DNA from: Candidatus Binataceae bacterium
Lineage (GTDB): Bacteria; Desulfobacterota; Binatia; Binatales; Binataceae
Assembly (NCBI GenBank): GCA_036521875.1
Contig: DATDGX010000019.1
Location: 4,019 to 68,018 of the forward strand
Direction of reading: 5' to 3'
DNA length: 64,000 bases
The notes beneath the pieces are model-generated. The model was given only the letters and a program-made list of their open reading frames with translations. It was not told the origin of the DNA and did no database searches. Positions 1 through 11,186 of this stretch are shown in pieces; the first letter of the stretch is position 1, and each line of letters starts with the position of its first letter. The position numbers and the translations under genes were made by a program.

Positions 1-176
1 GTATGCCCGGGACCCGAGCCCACGTCGAGCACGCGCAGCCCCGGCTTGAGATCGAGCGGCCGGAGCAGCGGCTCCATCGCGGGATGAAACGCGAGAATCT
101 GGTCGTAGGCCTCGTGGCGCTCGGAATCGATCTCGACCCAATGCTGCTTGTAATAGGGATTGCTCATTTAAGAACC
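1..176 (-). CDS. class I SAM-dependent methyltransferase, N-terminal fragment (continues past window start)
   Basis: Reverse-complement translation from ATG at 176-174 reads MSNPYYKQHWVEIDSERHEAYDQILAFHPAMEPLLRPLDLKPGLRVLDVGSGPGH. DVGSGPG is SAM-binding motif I. Confidence 0.5.
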
Positions 177-239
177 GTCGCTGTTGGTTACCGCAAGCGC
201 GCGCCGAATACAAAGCGCCGCCTGGCTCGGCCCTTGCGC

Positions 240-1286
240 CTACATCACGACGTGGAGCCGCGCGAGGACCGCGGGAGCATGATGCATCGCGATCCGCGAG
301 AGCGCGAACAGCAGCCCGAAGAACGCGCCGAAGATGCCGCCGTTGACGCGGATCCAGTCGAGATGAGTGCGGGTCTTTGATTCAATCTGGATTCTGATCT
401 GATCGTCGGAAAGGTTGGCCAGGTTTTCGCGCACCATGTGCGAAATTTGCCCGCGGCTCGCATCCACCGCGCGCCGCACGATCTGGTCGATCATGCGCCG
501 CGCGAGTTGATGCGCGTAGCTCTCGGAGTCGTGAAGCTGGCTGCCGAATTCGTGAATCGCGCTCTCGATGGCCTCGACCAGGTTGGGATCGCTGCGCAGC
601 TCCGGGAGCCGCTTGCGCAGATTCACCGCGATCCGCGCGGTCAGCGATTCCGCTCCCAGCCGATGGATGAGCGCGTAGATGCGGGTGAAGGTCTTCGGCA
701 GCGCGCGCTTCAGAATCGTCTCCAGGCGGTCGCGCTGCTCGGGCGATTCCAGGTACTCGATGATGCGGTTCAGGATCCGCTCGAGGCCGGCCTGCCCGAG
801 CAGGTCGCTCAGCTTCACTTCCTCGAGATAGGTGCCGAGGCGGCCGACCAGCTCCATCTTGTTGAGCTCGCGTCCAATCATGTGCGGCGTCAGCCATTCG
901 TTCTCGATGGTCGCGGCGATGCCGTCGATCAGCTTCTCGCGATTGCGGGGAAGCACGCCCGAATTCGGCAGGTACCAGCGGCGCTCGAAGATCATTTTGA
1001 GCGCGATGTAATCGCAGAGCCCGCCGATCAGCGCCGCCTCCGCAATCGAGACCCCGATTTCGGCCGGCGTCCTGAAGCGCGTGAATACCAGCACCATCCA
1101 GCACGCGACGAAGACGAGAAACGAAAATGCCAGCGTCAGGTCGCCTTTGTGGTTGAGCAGAAACTGGCTCGCGCCCGATGCGCGCCGCGTGCGGGGCGCC
1201 GTCGCGATGACTACGGTCGCAGGGCCGTGGCGGGACTCGGTATCCATATAACCACAATTGTGGCCGGTATGGTGTTCAATAACCAT
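240..1286 (-). CDS. DUF445-family inner-membrane protein
   Basis: 348-aa ORF with hydrophobic N- and C-termini and the family-typical central helical region (YLPNSGVLPRNREKLIDGIAATIENEWLTP...). The true start may be the internal Met (MDTESR). Confidence 0.55.
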   Translation of the reverse strand: MVIEHHTGHNCGYMDTESRHGPATVVIATAPRTRRASGASQFLLNHKGDLTLAFSFLVFVACWMVLVFTRFRTPAEIGVSIAEAALIGGLCDYIALKMIFERRWYLPNSGVLPRNREKLIDGIAATIENEWLTPHMIGRELNKMELVGRLGTYLEEVKLSDLLGQAGLERILNRIIEYLESPEQRDRLETILKRALPKTFTRIYALIHRLGAESLTARIAVNLRKRLPELRSDPNLVEAIESAIHEFGSQLHDSESYAHQLARRMIDQIVRRAVDASRGQISHMVRENLANLSDDQIRIQIESKTRTHLDWIRVNGGIFGAFFGLLFALSRIAMHHAPAVLARLHVVM

Positions 1287-1466
1287 GCAGCCATTTTCCT
1301 TCCGAGCGGGCTGTAGGTCGCAAAATGTAACGGCTGAAGTTGTCGCTCAAGATAGGCGATCGAAAGGCGAACCGCGGTCAATCATCCAATGATATCAGGG
1401 ATTTATGAGCGGACGACGACGATCGTCGCGGGGGATGTCAACCTGGTCGCCCTCCGTCGAGCGTCG

Positions 1467-2387
1467 CTACATCATCAACTCGGCGAGTCCCGCCTCGACA
1501 GAGATCAGCGGGCGCCAGCCGAGGATGCGCTCCGCCTCGCGAACATCGGCGAGCGTGTGGCGCATGTCGCCGTTGCGCGCGGGACCGTGAACCACCGGCC
1601 CGCCGATCATCGCCGCGATTTTCGCGACGCTGACGTTGTGCCCGCGCCCGATGTTGATCGCGCGGCCGTCGGCCACCGCGCAATCCATCGCAAGCAGGTT
1701 GGCGCGCACCACGTCGCGCACGTGAGTGAAATCGCGGCTCTGTTGGCCGTCGCCGTGAATCTCGAGCGGACGCCCTTCCTGGCGCGCCTTCAGGAACGCG
1801 GCGATGGCCAGGCTGTAGGCGCCCTGCTCCGCCATCCGCGGCCCGTACACGCCGAAGTAGCGGAGCGTCAGCGTTTGCATCGCGAACATCCGATGGAACA
1901 TCCGCACGTACTGCTCGCCAACGAACTTCTGCAGCGCGTACGGATTGAGCGGATTCGGCGTCATCGTTTCGACCAGCGGCAGCCCCGCCTGCTCGCCGTA
2001 AACCGACGAGGATCCCGAGAACACCACGCGCCGCACCTTCGCGTCGCGCGCCGCAATCAGCACGTTCAGCGTGCCGACCACGTTGGTCATGTGGGTCTCG
2101 ACCGGCTTCTCGATCGAGAGCGGAATCCGTGGCAGCGCCGCGACGTGAAACACGCAATCGACACTCTCGAACGCGCCGCGAATCGCGCCGAGTTCGCGGA
2201 TATCGCCCTCGACGAGTTCCGCTTTGCGATTCAGGCGCTCGCGAGTACCGGTCGCGAAGTTTTCCACCACGCGCACGCGACAGCCGCCTTCGATCAGCGC
2301 GTCGACCAGATGCGAGCCGATGAAGCCCGCACCGCCAGTCACCATCACGAGCCGGCCCGCGCCGGATCTAGCTTCTGCCGCCGTCAT
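1467..2387 (-). CDS. NAD-dependent epimerase/dehydratase (UDP-glucose/hexose 4-epimerase-like SDR)
   Basis: 306 aa with an N-terminal VTGGAGFIGSHLVDAL Rossmann motif and extended-SDR architecture. Confidence 0.75.
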   Translation of the reverse strand: MTAAEARSGAGRLVMVTGGAGFIGSHLVDALIEGGCRVRVVENFATGTRERLNRKAELVEGDIRELGAIRGAFESVDCVFHVAALPRIPLSIEKPVETHMTNVVGTLNVLIAARDAKVRRVVFSGSSSVYGEQAGLPLVETMTPNPLNPYALQKFVGEQYVRMFHRMFAMQTLTLRYFGVYGPRMAEQGAYSLAIAAFLKARQEGRPLEIHGDGQQSRDFTHVRDVVRANLLAMDCAVADGRAINIGRGHNVSVAKIAAMIGGPVVHGPARNGDMRHTLADVREAERILGWRPLISVEAGLAELMM

Positions 2388-2536
2388 CGCGCTAGCTGCT
2401 CCGCTCGCACCGGCGCGAATCGGCCCGTACGGTGCAAATTTGAATGGGGATCATTGCTGGGATACGATTAGGGTTTGCTTCGCTGCTTCGCGGCGACAAA
2501 TCGGCGGGCTCAAGTTGGTGAAGCAGCACATTTAGA

Positions 2537-5500
2537 ATGAACAGCGTGACCGACAGGATCAAGCGACTGCGTGAGCTGCTCGACGCGCGAATCGTCGTGC
2601 TCGACGGCGCGTTCGGCACCTCCATCCAGGCGATGAATCTGAGCGCGGATGCCTTCGGCGGCCCGGCGCTCGAAGGCTGCAATGAAAACGTGGTCCGCAC
2701 GCGCCCCGACAAGATCCGCTCGATGCACGAGAGCTTCCTGGCGGCGGGCGCGGATATCGTCGAGACCGCGACCTTTGGTGCGACTCCGCTGGTGCTCGCC
2801 GAATATGGGCTGGCGGATCGCGCGCACGAAATCAACCGCGCCGCTGCGGAGATCGCGCGCGCCGCCGCCGCCGCATTCAGCACGCCGGACCGCCCACGTT
2901 TTGTCGCGGGCTCGATGGGTCCCACCACCAAAAATATTTCGGTCACCGGTACCGTGACCTTCGACCAGATGGCCGACACCTACCAGGTCCAGGCCGAGGG
3001 TCTTATCGAAGGTGGCGCCGATCTGCTCGTGCTCGAGACGGTTTTCGACACGCTCAGTTGCAAAGCCGGGATTGTCGGCATCGAGCGCGCGATCGAAAAG
3101 CTCGGCATTGCGCTTCCGGTCGCAGTGTCCGGCACCATCGAGACGATGGGCACTCTGCTGGCGGGCCAGGACATCGAGTCTTTCTATGTCTCACTCGCTC
3201 ATCGCGATCTGCTCTGGATGGGCCTCAACTGCGCGACCGGCCCCGACTTCATGACCGACCATCTGCGCACGCTCGCGGAGATCTCGCGCTTTCATGTAGC
3301 GTGCGTGCCGAACGCCGGCCTCCCTGACGAGAACGGGCATTTCAATGAGACGCCAACGATGCTCGCGGAGAAGATTGGCCGTTTCGCCCGCAACGGATGG
3401 GTCAACCTGATCGGCGGATGCTGTGGCACCACGCCCGAACATATCAAGCTCATCGTCGATGCGGTCGCGGGACTGAAGCCGCGGATGCGCTCGACGCTCA
3501 GGCGCTCGGTGGTCTCGGGTATCGAGACCCTGGTGATCGACGAGAGCACGCGGCCGGTTATCGTCGGGGAGCGCACCAACGTGCTCGGCAGCCGCAAATT
3601 CAAGCGGCTCATCGCGCAGAACAAATTCGAGGAAGCATCCGAAGTGGGACGCGCGCAAGTGCGCCGCGGCGCGCACATCCTCGATGTCTGCCTCCAGGAT
3701 CCAGACCGCGTCGAGGTCGACGACCTTAACCGCTTCCTCGAAATCGAAGTGAAAAAGGTCAAAGTTCCCCTGGTGATCGACTCGACCGAGCATCGCGTCC
3801 TCGAGGAGGCGCTGAAACGCACGCCGGGCAAATCGATCATCAACTCCATCAATCTCGAAGATGGCGAAGAACGCTTCCAGCGCGTGGTCCCGCTCGCGCG
3901 GCGCTTCGGCGCGGCACTCATCGTCGGATGTATCGACGAGGACAAGCAGCAGGCGCAGGCGGTGACCCGCCAGCGCAAACTGCAGATCGCGGAGCGCTCG
4001 TTTAAGCTGCTCACCGAAAAGTACGGCATCGCGCCCGAAGACATCATCTTCGACCCGCTGGTCTTTCCGGTCGGCACCGGCGACAAGAACTATATCGGCG
4101 CGGGCGTCGAGACTATTGAAGGGATCCGGCTGATCAGGCAGGCGCTGCCGAACACCAAAACGGTTCTCGGCGTTTCCAACGTGTCGTTCGGGCTTCCCGA
4201 TGCGGGGCGCGAAGTGCTGAACTCGGTGATGCTCTACCATTGCGTGCAGGCCGGGCTCGATCTCGCGATCGTGAACGCGGAGAAGCTGCATCGCTACCCG
4301 TCGATTCCCGAAGAGGAACGCAAGCTCGCCGACGATCTCATCTGGTGGCGCGGCGACGATCCGATAGCCGCCTTCGCGGCGCACTTCCGCACTCGCAAGA
4401 GCGCGGTCGCCAAGGAGAACCGCAAGGACCTGCCGCTCCTGGAGCGGCTGCCACGCTATATCCTGGAAGGCTCCAAGGAAGGCCTGGTCGAGGATCTCGA
4501 CGAGGCGCTGCAGTCGATGGGGCCGCTCGAGGTCATCAACGGACCCCTGATGAAAGGTATGGATGAGGTCGGCCGGCTCTTCAACGCGAATGAGATGATC
4601 GTTGCCGAAGTGCTGCAATCGGCCGAGACGATGAAAGCCGCGGTCGCGCATCTCGAGCCGCACATGGAGAAGACCGAGAGCGCCACGCGCGGCAAGATCA
4701 TCCTGGCGACCGTCAAGGGCGACGTTCACGACATCGGCAAGAACCTGGTCGAGATCATTTTCTCGAACAATGGCTACCGCGTGATCAATCTCGGAATAAA
4801 AGTGCACCCCGAGGAGCTGATCAAGGCCTATCGCGAGCACGCGCCCGATGCGATCGGGCTTTCGGGTTTGCTGGTCAAGTCGGCGCAGATGATGGTGGTC
4901 ACCGCACAGGATCTGAAGACCGCGGGAATCGAATGCCCGATCCTGGTCGGCGGCGCCGCGCTCTCGAACCGCTTCACGCGGATGAAGATCGCGCCGGAAT
5001 ATGAAGGCCTGGTCGCCTACGCGAACGACGCAATGACCGGGCTCGATCTCGCCAATCAGATAATGGACTACGAACGGCGCGAGACGCTCGCGCGCATCCT
5101 TGCCGAGCAATCGAAGAAGATGCTGGAAAGCGCGCCCAAGGTAGCGCCGAGGGCGGCGGGAGCGCCGGGCAAATCGTCGGTGCGCCGCGACCTCGAGATT
5201 CCCAAGCCGCCGGACCTGAAGCTACACGTGATCCGGGACTACGACCTCGGCGAGATCTTCGGCTACATCAATCCGAAGAGCCTCTATGCCAAGCATCTCG
5301 GGTTCCAGAACTTCGTCGAGGCGCTGGAAGCCGGCGACCCCAAAGCAAAAGACCTTCACGACCGCGTCGAGGAGGTCGCACAGCTGATGCTCGCGCGGAA
5401 GGACATTTCCGCGAACGCGATCTACAAATTCTTCCCGGTGCAAAGCGACGACCGCACCGTGATGATTTATTCCTCCGACGGCAAAGCGGTACTTGAGACC

Positions 5501-6043
5501 CTGAACTTTGGCCGCCAAAGCGAGCCGCCCTATCTATGCCTGGCCGACTACGTCGCGGCGCGCGATTCGGGGCGCACCGACTACCTGTGCATGTTCGTCA
5601 CCACCATCGGCACCGCCGTTCGCGCACTGGCCGAGGAATGGAAAGCGCGCGGCGAGTACCTGCGCTCGCACATCCTGCAGGTGCTCGCCAATGAGGGCGC
5701 GGAAGCATTCGCGGAACTGCTTCATCTGAAGATCCGCCAGATGTGGGGAATCGGCGACCCCCCAGGACTCTCGTTGAAAGAGCTCGTGCAGGCGCGCTAT
5801 CACGGCAAGCGGTTTTCGTTCGGATACCCGGCCTGCCCGCGCCTGGAAGACCAGAGCAAGCTTTTCAGGCTACTCGAGGTAAGCGCGCAGAACCTCGGCG
5901 TCCAGCTTACCGACGAGTTCATGATGGACCCGGAGAGTTCGGTGAGCGCGATTGTGTTCCACCATCCGGAGGCCAAGTACTTCAGCCTCTCGCCCGCCGA
6001 CGCCGAGCGCCTGGAAAGCGAGTCCGGCCCCGCAACCCCGTAA
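2537..6043 (+). CDS. metH: cobalamin-dependent methionine synthase
   Basis: 1168 aa with Hcy-binding, pterin-binding, B12-binding (GDVHDIGKN) and C-terminal AdoMet activation (RFSFGYPACPRLED) modules in canonical order. Confidence 0.92.
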   Translation: MNSVTDRIKRLRELLDARIVVLDGAFGTSIQAMNLSADAFGGPALEGCNENVVRTRPDKIRSMHESFLAAGADIVETATFGATPLVLAEYGLADRAHEINRAAAEIARAAAAAFSTPDRPRFVAGSMGPTTKNISVTGTVTFDQMADTYQVQAEGLIEGGADLLVLETVFDTLSCKAGIVGIERAIEKLGIALPVAVSGTIETMGTLLAGQDIESFYVSLAHRDLLWMGLNCATGPDFMTDHLRTLAEISRFHVACVPNAGLPDENGHFNETPTMLAEKIGRFARNGWVNLIGGCCGTTPEHIKLIVDAVAGLKPRMRSTLRRSVVSGIETLVIDESTRPVIVGERTNVLGSRKFKRLIAQNKFEEASEVGRAQVRRGAHILDVCLQDPDRVEVDDLNRFLEIEVKKVKVPLVIDSTEHRVLEEALKRTPGKSIINSINLEDGEERFQRVVPLARRFGAALIVGCIDEDKQQAQAVTRQRKLQIAERSFKLLTEKYGIAPEDIIFDPLVFPVGTGDKNYIGAGVETIEGIRLIRQALPNTKTVLGVSNVSFGLPDAGREVLNSVMLYHCVQAGLDLAIVNAEKLHRYPSIPEEERKLADDLIWWRGDDPIAAFAAHFRTRKSAVAKENRKDLPLLERLPRYILEGSKEGLVEDLDEALQSMGPLEVINGPLMKGMDEVGRLFNANEMIVAEVLQSAETMKAAVAHLEPHMEKTESATRGKIILATVKGDVHDIGKNLVEIIFSNNGYRVINLGIKVHPEELIKAYREHAPDAIGLSGLLVKSAQMMVVTAQDLKTAGIECPILVGGAALSNRFTRMKIAPEYEGLVAYANDAMTGLDLANQIMDYERRETLARILAEQSKKMLESAPKVAPRAAGAPGKSSVRRDLEIPKPPDLKLHVIRDYDLGEIFGYINPKSLYAKHLGFQNFVEALEAGDPKAKDLHDRVEEVAQLMLARKDISANAIYKFFPVQSDDRTVMIYSSDGKAVLETLNFGRQSEPPYLCLADYVAARDSGRTDYLCMFVTTIGTAVRALAEEWKARGEYLRSHILQVLANEGAEAFAELLHLKIRQMWGIGDPPGLSLKELVQARYHGKRFSFGYPACPRLEDQSKLFRLLEVSAQNLGVQLTDEFMMDPESSVSAIVFHHPEAKYFSLSPADAERLESESGPATP

Positions 6044-6457
6044 CATCCTTGCCCTGTACGTCTTGACCCGGACTTCCGTTTTCGCAGGACGGAGTGCGTC
6101 GCCTTCAAGCGGCCGTGGCTTGCAGGTGCGCATTGGTCACGCGACAGCTTCGAGCCCATTTCTGGCGACCAAAGCGAGAAGCTTCAGCGAAGGTCCCCGC
6201 GGGTGTTTTTCGCCCCGCTCCCACTGATGAACAAGCTGACAATGCGCAGATTCGACGCGATGTGTCTCACGCCCATACCTCGGCTGAAGGCCAGGCAAAG
6301 CTGAGAGAGGGAGCGAGCCAGGCCGTCTTCGCCCGCTATCTGAATGTGACCACCGGCCTGCGCCGACGCGGAGCAGCTTCTGACCGTCGATAAGTGGGGA
6401 CGGGCGACCCAGTAACATCTCGATCGTGGTGAATCGTGGCGAGAGAGCGCGCGCCCG

Positions 6458-7474
<1,017 letters not shown>

Positions 7475-7522
7475 GCTCAGCGCTTAGCGATGGCTCAGGC
7501 CCATGCTTCAACTCAATTCAAT

Positions 7523-7915
7523 TCAATCGCCTGGAATAAGCCGATGCGAGTCGCTGTCAAAATGCTGAGTCGAGAACTCGAATAACTCCGCGTCTTCGAG
7601 CGCTACCATCTGATGCACCAGGCCGGGCGGCACGTCCATGCAATCGCCGGGACCGAGTTCGAATTCCTCGATCGTCTCCGCTTGAGGTGATTCCTTAACG
7701 CGCACCAGCAGGCGGCCGCTGCGCAGGTAGAACGATTCGGTCTTGAGCTTATGGTAGTGCAGCGAGCATCGCTTGCCTTTGCGGATTTCCAGGATCTTGC
7801 CGCAGTAAAGAGGATTGTTGGCGATCCAGACCTCGCGGCCCCAACCCTTGGGTTGGACATGAACGGGCTTGCGTATATGGCTCATGGATTCTTGATCGCC
7901 GGGCGTTGCCGGCAA
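7523..7915 (-). CDS. small cupin protein resembling the C-terminal cupin of type II mannose-6-phosphate isomerase/GMP
   Basis: The sequence SLHYHKLKTESFYLRSGRLLVRV...GLVHQM matches the HxHxxRxExWxVxxG cupin signature of type II PMI. The likely start is the internal Met (MSHIRK, about 7885). Confidence 0.5.
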   Translation of the reverse strand: MPATPGDQESMSHIRKPVHVQPKGWGREVWIANNPLYCGKILEIRKGKRCSLHYHKLKTESFYLRSGRLLVRVKESPQAETIEEFELGPGDCMDVPPGLVHQMVALEDAELFEFSTQHFDSDSHRLIPGD

Positions 7916-8020
7916 GCCGGATTATTGCATATCAGCCGGTCTCGTATAACACCGTGCATAGCTCCGCCACGCGGTGCCGTCAGTCAGGCACCCGCAATCA
8001 TTAGACCGGATTATCGACGG

Positions 8021-9865
8021 TCAGCCGACCGAGCGTGCAGAGCCGATCGGAATCGCCGCGCCGGCGCGGAGTATCGGCGCCGATGGAGGGGCGCCGAGGT
8101 CGCTGACCTGGATGCGGAACTGGCGGACCGTGAGACTGTGCTCCTCGGCGAAGCCGCATATCTGCGCGAGCCGGTCTTCGCTGAGCTCCTCGGCTACCAG
8201 GAGTTCGTCGAATGGAGTGACCGAGAAAACTTCCTCGAGGTCCTCGACCGAACCTAACACGCGCTGGCCGAGCAACAATTTGCCGAGCTTGAAACCGTCG
8301 TCGTCGACGAAGCCGACCAGCCGCAGTCCCTGCCCGCGCTCCGAGGACAGGTAGCTAGCCGCCGCGGTTCCGACCTGCCCCGCACCGACCACCACCACGC
8401 GCCTGCCGGGCGCCGCGAGATGGTTGATCCCATGGCGCAGCGTCTGAAACGAGAGACGCGTCACCAGCAGGAGGTTGAACAGGATGATCATAAAGAGAAC
8501 CAGAACCGATCCCGACAGACCAATCGGCACGATCAGCGAGCCCGCAGCCACGAACACTCCCGCCAGCACGGCGCCGCTGGCGAAGCGAATCCCGTCCGAG
8601 AGCCCGGTGTAGCGCCAGATGCCGCGATAAATTCCCACCAGCAGGAATGCGGCGTAGGTCAGGAGGATGACCCATGGCAGGCTTCTCACCATTACTTCCG
8701 CCAGACCGTCGTCGATGGTGAACTCGAGGCGGAGCATGAACGCGCCAAAGTATGCCGCGCTGATCAGCGCCAGATCGACTACCGCTTCGGCAATTCTCCG
8801 CTTGTAGCCGAGGTTCAAAATGAAGCGCGCCAATCCAATCGATTCTCCGTACGCGAGACCCGGCGCGGTCGAGTCAAAGGTCAAGTCCATCATGAAGAGC
8901 GCGATCACCGCTGCCGCGAGCGCTATCAGCGGGAGCGCCATCAGCACGTAGCGGTGCGGCAGCAGGCTCATCGCGATGGCGCACGCGGCGCTCAGCGACG
9001 CGACGCTCCAGCATACGAAGGCGCTGGTCCGCTCTGAGAGCCCGAGCGAGAGCAGGCGATGATGTGAATGGTCAAGGCCGTGGCGCGAAATAGAATTGCC
9101 GGTCGCAAGCCGCGTCACCGTTACGATAGCGGTGTCCAGCAACGGCACCAGCATCACCAGCACCGGAAACACGTACTTTGTGAGCCGCGAGTTCGAGGCC
9201 AGTCCGGCTCCCTGGAGGGCGAATACTCCGAGCAACAGCCCGATAGGAAGCGCGCCCGCGTCGCCCATGAAGATCGACGCCGGGTAGTAGTTGTAAGCGA
9301 GAAATCCCGCCAGCGCCCCGCCCACCGCGAGTCCGCCCGCGGCCAGCGCGGCATTGGAATGAAGCGCGCCGGTTACGCCGAGCGCGAGCGCGGCGATAAT
9401 TCCGATTCCCGCCGCCAGGCCGTCGAGTCCGTCGATCAGGTTGAACGCGTTGGTGGTCGCGAGCAGCCAGATGATCTCGAGCGTCGCATTAACCGGCGCC
9501 CACGGGGTCAGCGGCAATTGCGGCAACGTCAGCACCAGGAACAGCGCCACCACGACCTGCGCCGCGAGCTTCTGGAGCGGCCGCAATACGATCGCGTCAT
9601 CGAGAGCGCCGACCGCCCACAGGGTTGCCGCGCCAAGCAGCTCCCATCCGCTAAGCAGGCCGAAGACGGCGAGCGCGGCCAGCACCGCGGCGACGATCGC
9701 CGCGCCGCCGAAAACCGGGACCTGCGCCGCGGGCACCGGGTGATGGCTCCGCTCCGCCGTCACGCCCAAACGCGTTCCGATCGATCCGGCCAGCGGGACA
9801 ATCGCCGCGCAGACCGCGAATGCGACGAGTGGCACGCCCAATAAAACCGCTACCGATTCAGTCAT
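8021..9865 (-). CDS. initiating glycosyl-1-phosphate transferase, with a WecA/MraY-like PNPT catalytic region (N-terminal) fused to extra TM segments plus a CoA-binding/Rossmann-like domain (C-terminal)
   Basis: The N-terminal ~320 aa is multi-TM with the PNPT hallmark NAFNLIDGLDGLAAG. The C-terminal ~290 aa has TM helices followed by RRVVVVGAGQVGTAAASYL...LRLVGFVDDDGFKLGKLLLGQRVLG, typical of the WbaP/WcaJ/PglF N-terminal CoA-binding-like module. Confidence 0.7.
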   Translation of the reverse strand: MTESVAVLLGVPLVAFAVCAAIVPLAGSIGTRLGVTAERSHHPVPAAQVPVFGGAAIVAAVLAALAVFGLLSGWELLGAATLWAVGALDDAIVLRPLQKLAAQVVVALFLVLTLPQLPLTPWAPVNATLEIIWLLATTNAFNLIDGLDGLAAGIGIIAALALGVTGALHSNAALAAGGLAVGGALAGFLAYNYYPASIFMGDAGALPIGLLLGVFALQGAGLASNSRLTKYVFPVLVMLVPLLDTAIVTVTRLATGNSISRHGLDHSHHRLLSLGLSERTSAFVCWSVASLSAACAIAMSLLPHRYVLMALPLIALAAAVIALFMMDLTFDSTAPGLAYGESIGLARFILNLGYKRRIAEAVVDLALISAAYFGAFMLRLEFTIDDGLAEVMVRSLPWVILLTYAAFLLVGIYRGIWRYTGLSDGIRFASGAVLAGVFVAAGSLIVPIGLSGSVLVLFMIILFNLLLVTRLSFQTLRHGINHLAAPGRRVVVVGAGQVGTAAASYLSSERGQGLRLVGFVDDDGFKLGKLLLGQRVLGSVEDLEEVFSVTPFDELLVAEELSEDRLAQICGFAEEHSLTVRQFRIQVSDLGAPPSAPILRAGAAIPIGSARSVG

Positions 9866-9932
9866 GAAACGTTCGTACCCGGAGAAAGTCGGATTATGGA
9901 TAGAGCGAAGAGCTGAAACAAATTTGCGCGCG

Positions 9933-11138
9933 TCATTCCGGCGCGCGCGCGTTGCCGGAGAGCATGGAGCTGAACTGGCCCGTGACTTTGACCCGGTCGA
10001 AACTCTGTTCGGCCAGCCTGCGCGCCCGTGCGCCCATCTGCTTGAGCTTGCCGGGCTCGCTCGCGCACTCGGCGATCGTGCGAGCGAGCGCGCGCGCGTC
10101 GCCGGCGGGGATTACAAAGCCCACCGAGTTCTCGCGCGCGATGCGTGCGACTTCGGCGTCCTCTTCCATCATCGCGATGAACGGGCGGCCGGCGGCGAGA
10201 ATCCCGTAGACTTTGCTCGGTACCAGACATCCGGCGGTGCCCGGTGCAAGCGGAATCAGATGCAGGTCGCCGGCGCTCAGGGATTCCGCGAGCTTCTCTA
10301 CCGGCTGATAAGGCAGGAACAGCACGTTCTCGAGTCCCATCGCGCGCGCGGACTCCTCGAGTCTCTGCTTGCGCGCACCCTCACCAATCAGCACGAACAC
10401 GATGCGCGGATCGTTTTTCAAATGCTGCGCCGCTTCGAGCACGATCTCGAGCTGCTGCGTGAGTCCCAGGTTGCCTGAGTACATGACGACGAAGCGATCG
10501 CCGAAGCGGCTACGGAACGGATTGCTCTCCAGCGGAGTGACGCGGCTGCAGTCGACCCAGTCGGGTATCACCACGACTTTCTCCGCGGGCACGCCCTTGG
10601 CGATGATGCGGCGGGCCATGTCGTGGCCGAGGGTCACGATAGTATCGGCGCGTGCGTAGGCGAAACGGTTGGCGCGCCTCAGGACCGCCAGCAAAAAGCG
10701 ATTCCTGACGCCGCCGGTGGCGACTGCGATATCCGGATACAGATCGCGAACATTGTAGACCAGCCGGCATCGCCAGCGCCGCTTGAGCAACGCCGCCAGC
10801 GCGCCGAGCAGAGGCGGATCGGTCTCCGCGATGATGACGTCGGGGCGTTCGAGCCGCACCGTCGCCAGCGACGCGAGCATATAGTAGGTGCCGAGATTGA
10901 GCAGCCGCGCGATGAGCGGCGTCTTGGGAAACCTGGTCCCCCAGGTGCGGATGATCTCGACGTTGCCGCGCACCTCGTGCGTGAAGAGACGGCGCAGCGG
11001 CGCGCTGCCGTTTCGCGAAGGACCGGCAATGAATACTATCTGGTTGTCCGCCGACAGGTCGTCGCAGAGCTCGGTCAGGAACTGGCCGGTCGCCTCGTGA
11101 TCAGGCCAGAACGAGCGATTCAGGAAAAGAAGTTTCGT
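9933..11138 (-). CDS. GT4 (WbuB-like) glycosyltransferase with a non-canonical ACG codon at the conserved Met position
   Basis: The reading frame is open from the upstream gene's TAG stop (11187-11189). The conserved N-terminus TKLLFLNRSFWPDHEATGQFLTELCDDL begins at ACG 11138-11136, preceded by GGAG 9-12 nt upstream. There is no in-frame ATG/GTG/TTG before GTG at 10973. The C-terminal half shows the GT4 fold (VYGILAAGRPFIAM...). Confidence 0.65.
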   Translation of the reverse strand, partial: TKLLFLNRSFWPDHEATGQFLTELCDDLSADNQIVFIAGPSRNGSAPLRRLFTHEVRGNVEIIRTWGTRFPKTPLIARLLNLGTYYMLASLATVRLERPDVIIAETDPPLLGALAALLKRRWRCRLVYNVRDLYPDIAVATGGVRNRFLLAVLRRANRFAYARADTIVTLGHDMARRIIAKGVPAEKVVVIPDWVDCSRVTPLESNPFRSRFGDRFVVMYSGNLGLTQQLEIVLEAAQHLKNDPRIVFVLIGEGARKQRLEESARAMGLENVLFLPYQPVEKLAESLSAGDLHLIPLAPGTAGCLVPSKVYGILAAGRPFIAMMEEDAEVARIARENSVGFVIPAGDARALARTIAECASEPGKLKQMGARARRLAEQSFDRVKVTGQFSSMLSGNARAPE

Positions 11139-11186
11139 GGCTCGTGCTCCAGTCTCAAATCGGGGCGGAAAACGCCTGGCGCATCG

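Noticed and set aside
1389-2471. 360-aa plus-strand ORF
   Set aside because: It is entirely antisense to the well-supported epimerase gene (1467-2387). It has Arg/Ala-rich composition typical of spurious ORFs in high-GC DNA and no domain signature.
2388-2536. Possible SAM or cobalamin riboswitch in the metH leader
   Set aside because: I searched by eye for S-box (GAGGGA/GGCCC core), SAM-II and B12-box (GCCACUG) motifs. None were present. Only a weak GCUGCUUC...GAAGCAGC pairing was seen. A cmscan with the Rfam SAM, SAM-II, SAM-IV and cobalamin models would settle it.
3191-5110. 639-aa minus-strand ORF inside metH
   Set aside because: It is antisense to a confidently identified 1168-aa MetH. 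It is Arg-rich, low complexity, with no recognisable motifs.
6190-6215. Possible metH terminator (CCCCGCGGG palindrome plus TGTTTTT)
   Set aside because: The stem is only 3-4 bp with no loop and an alternative 5-bp pairing. It is too weak to call an intrinsic terminator.
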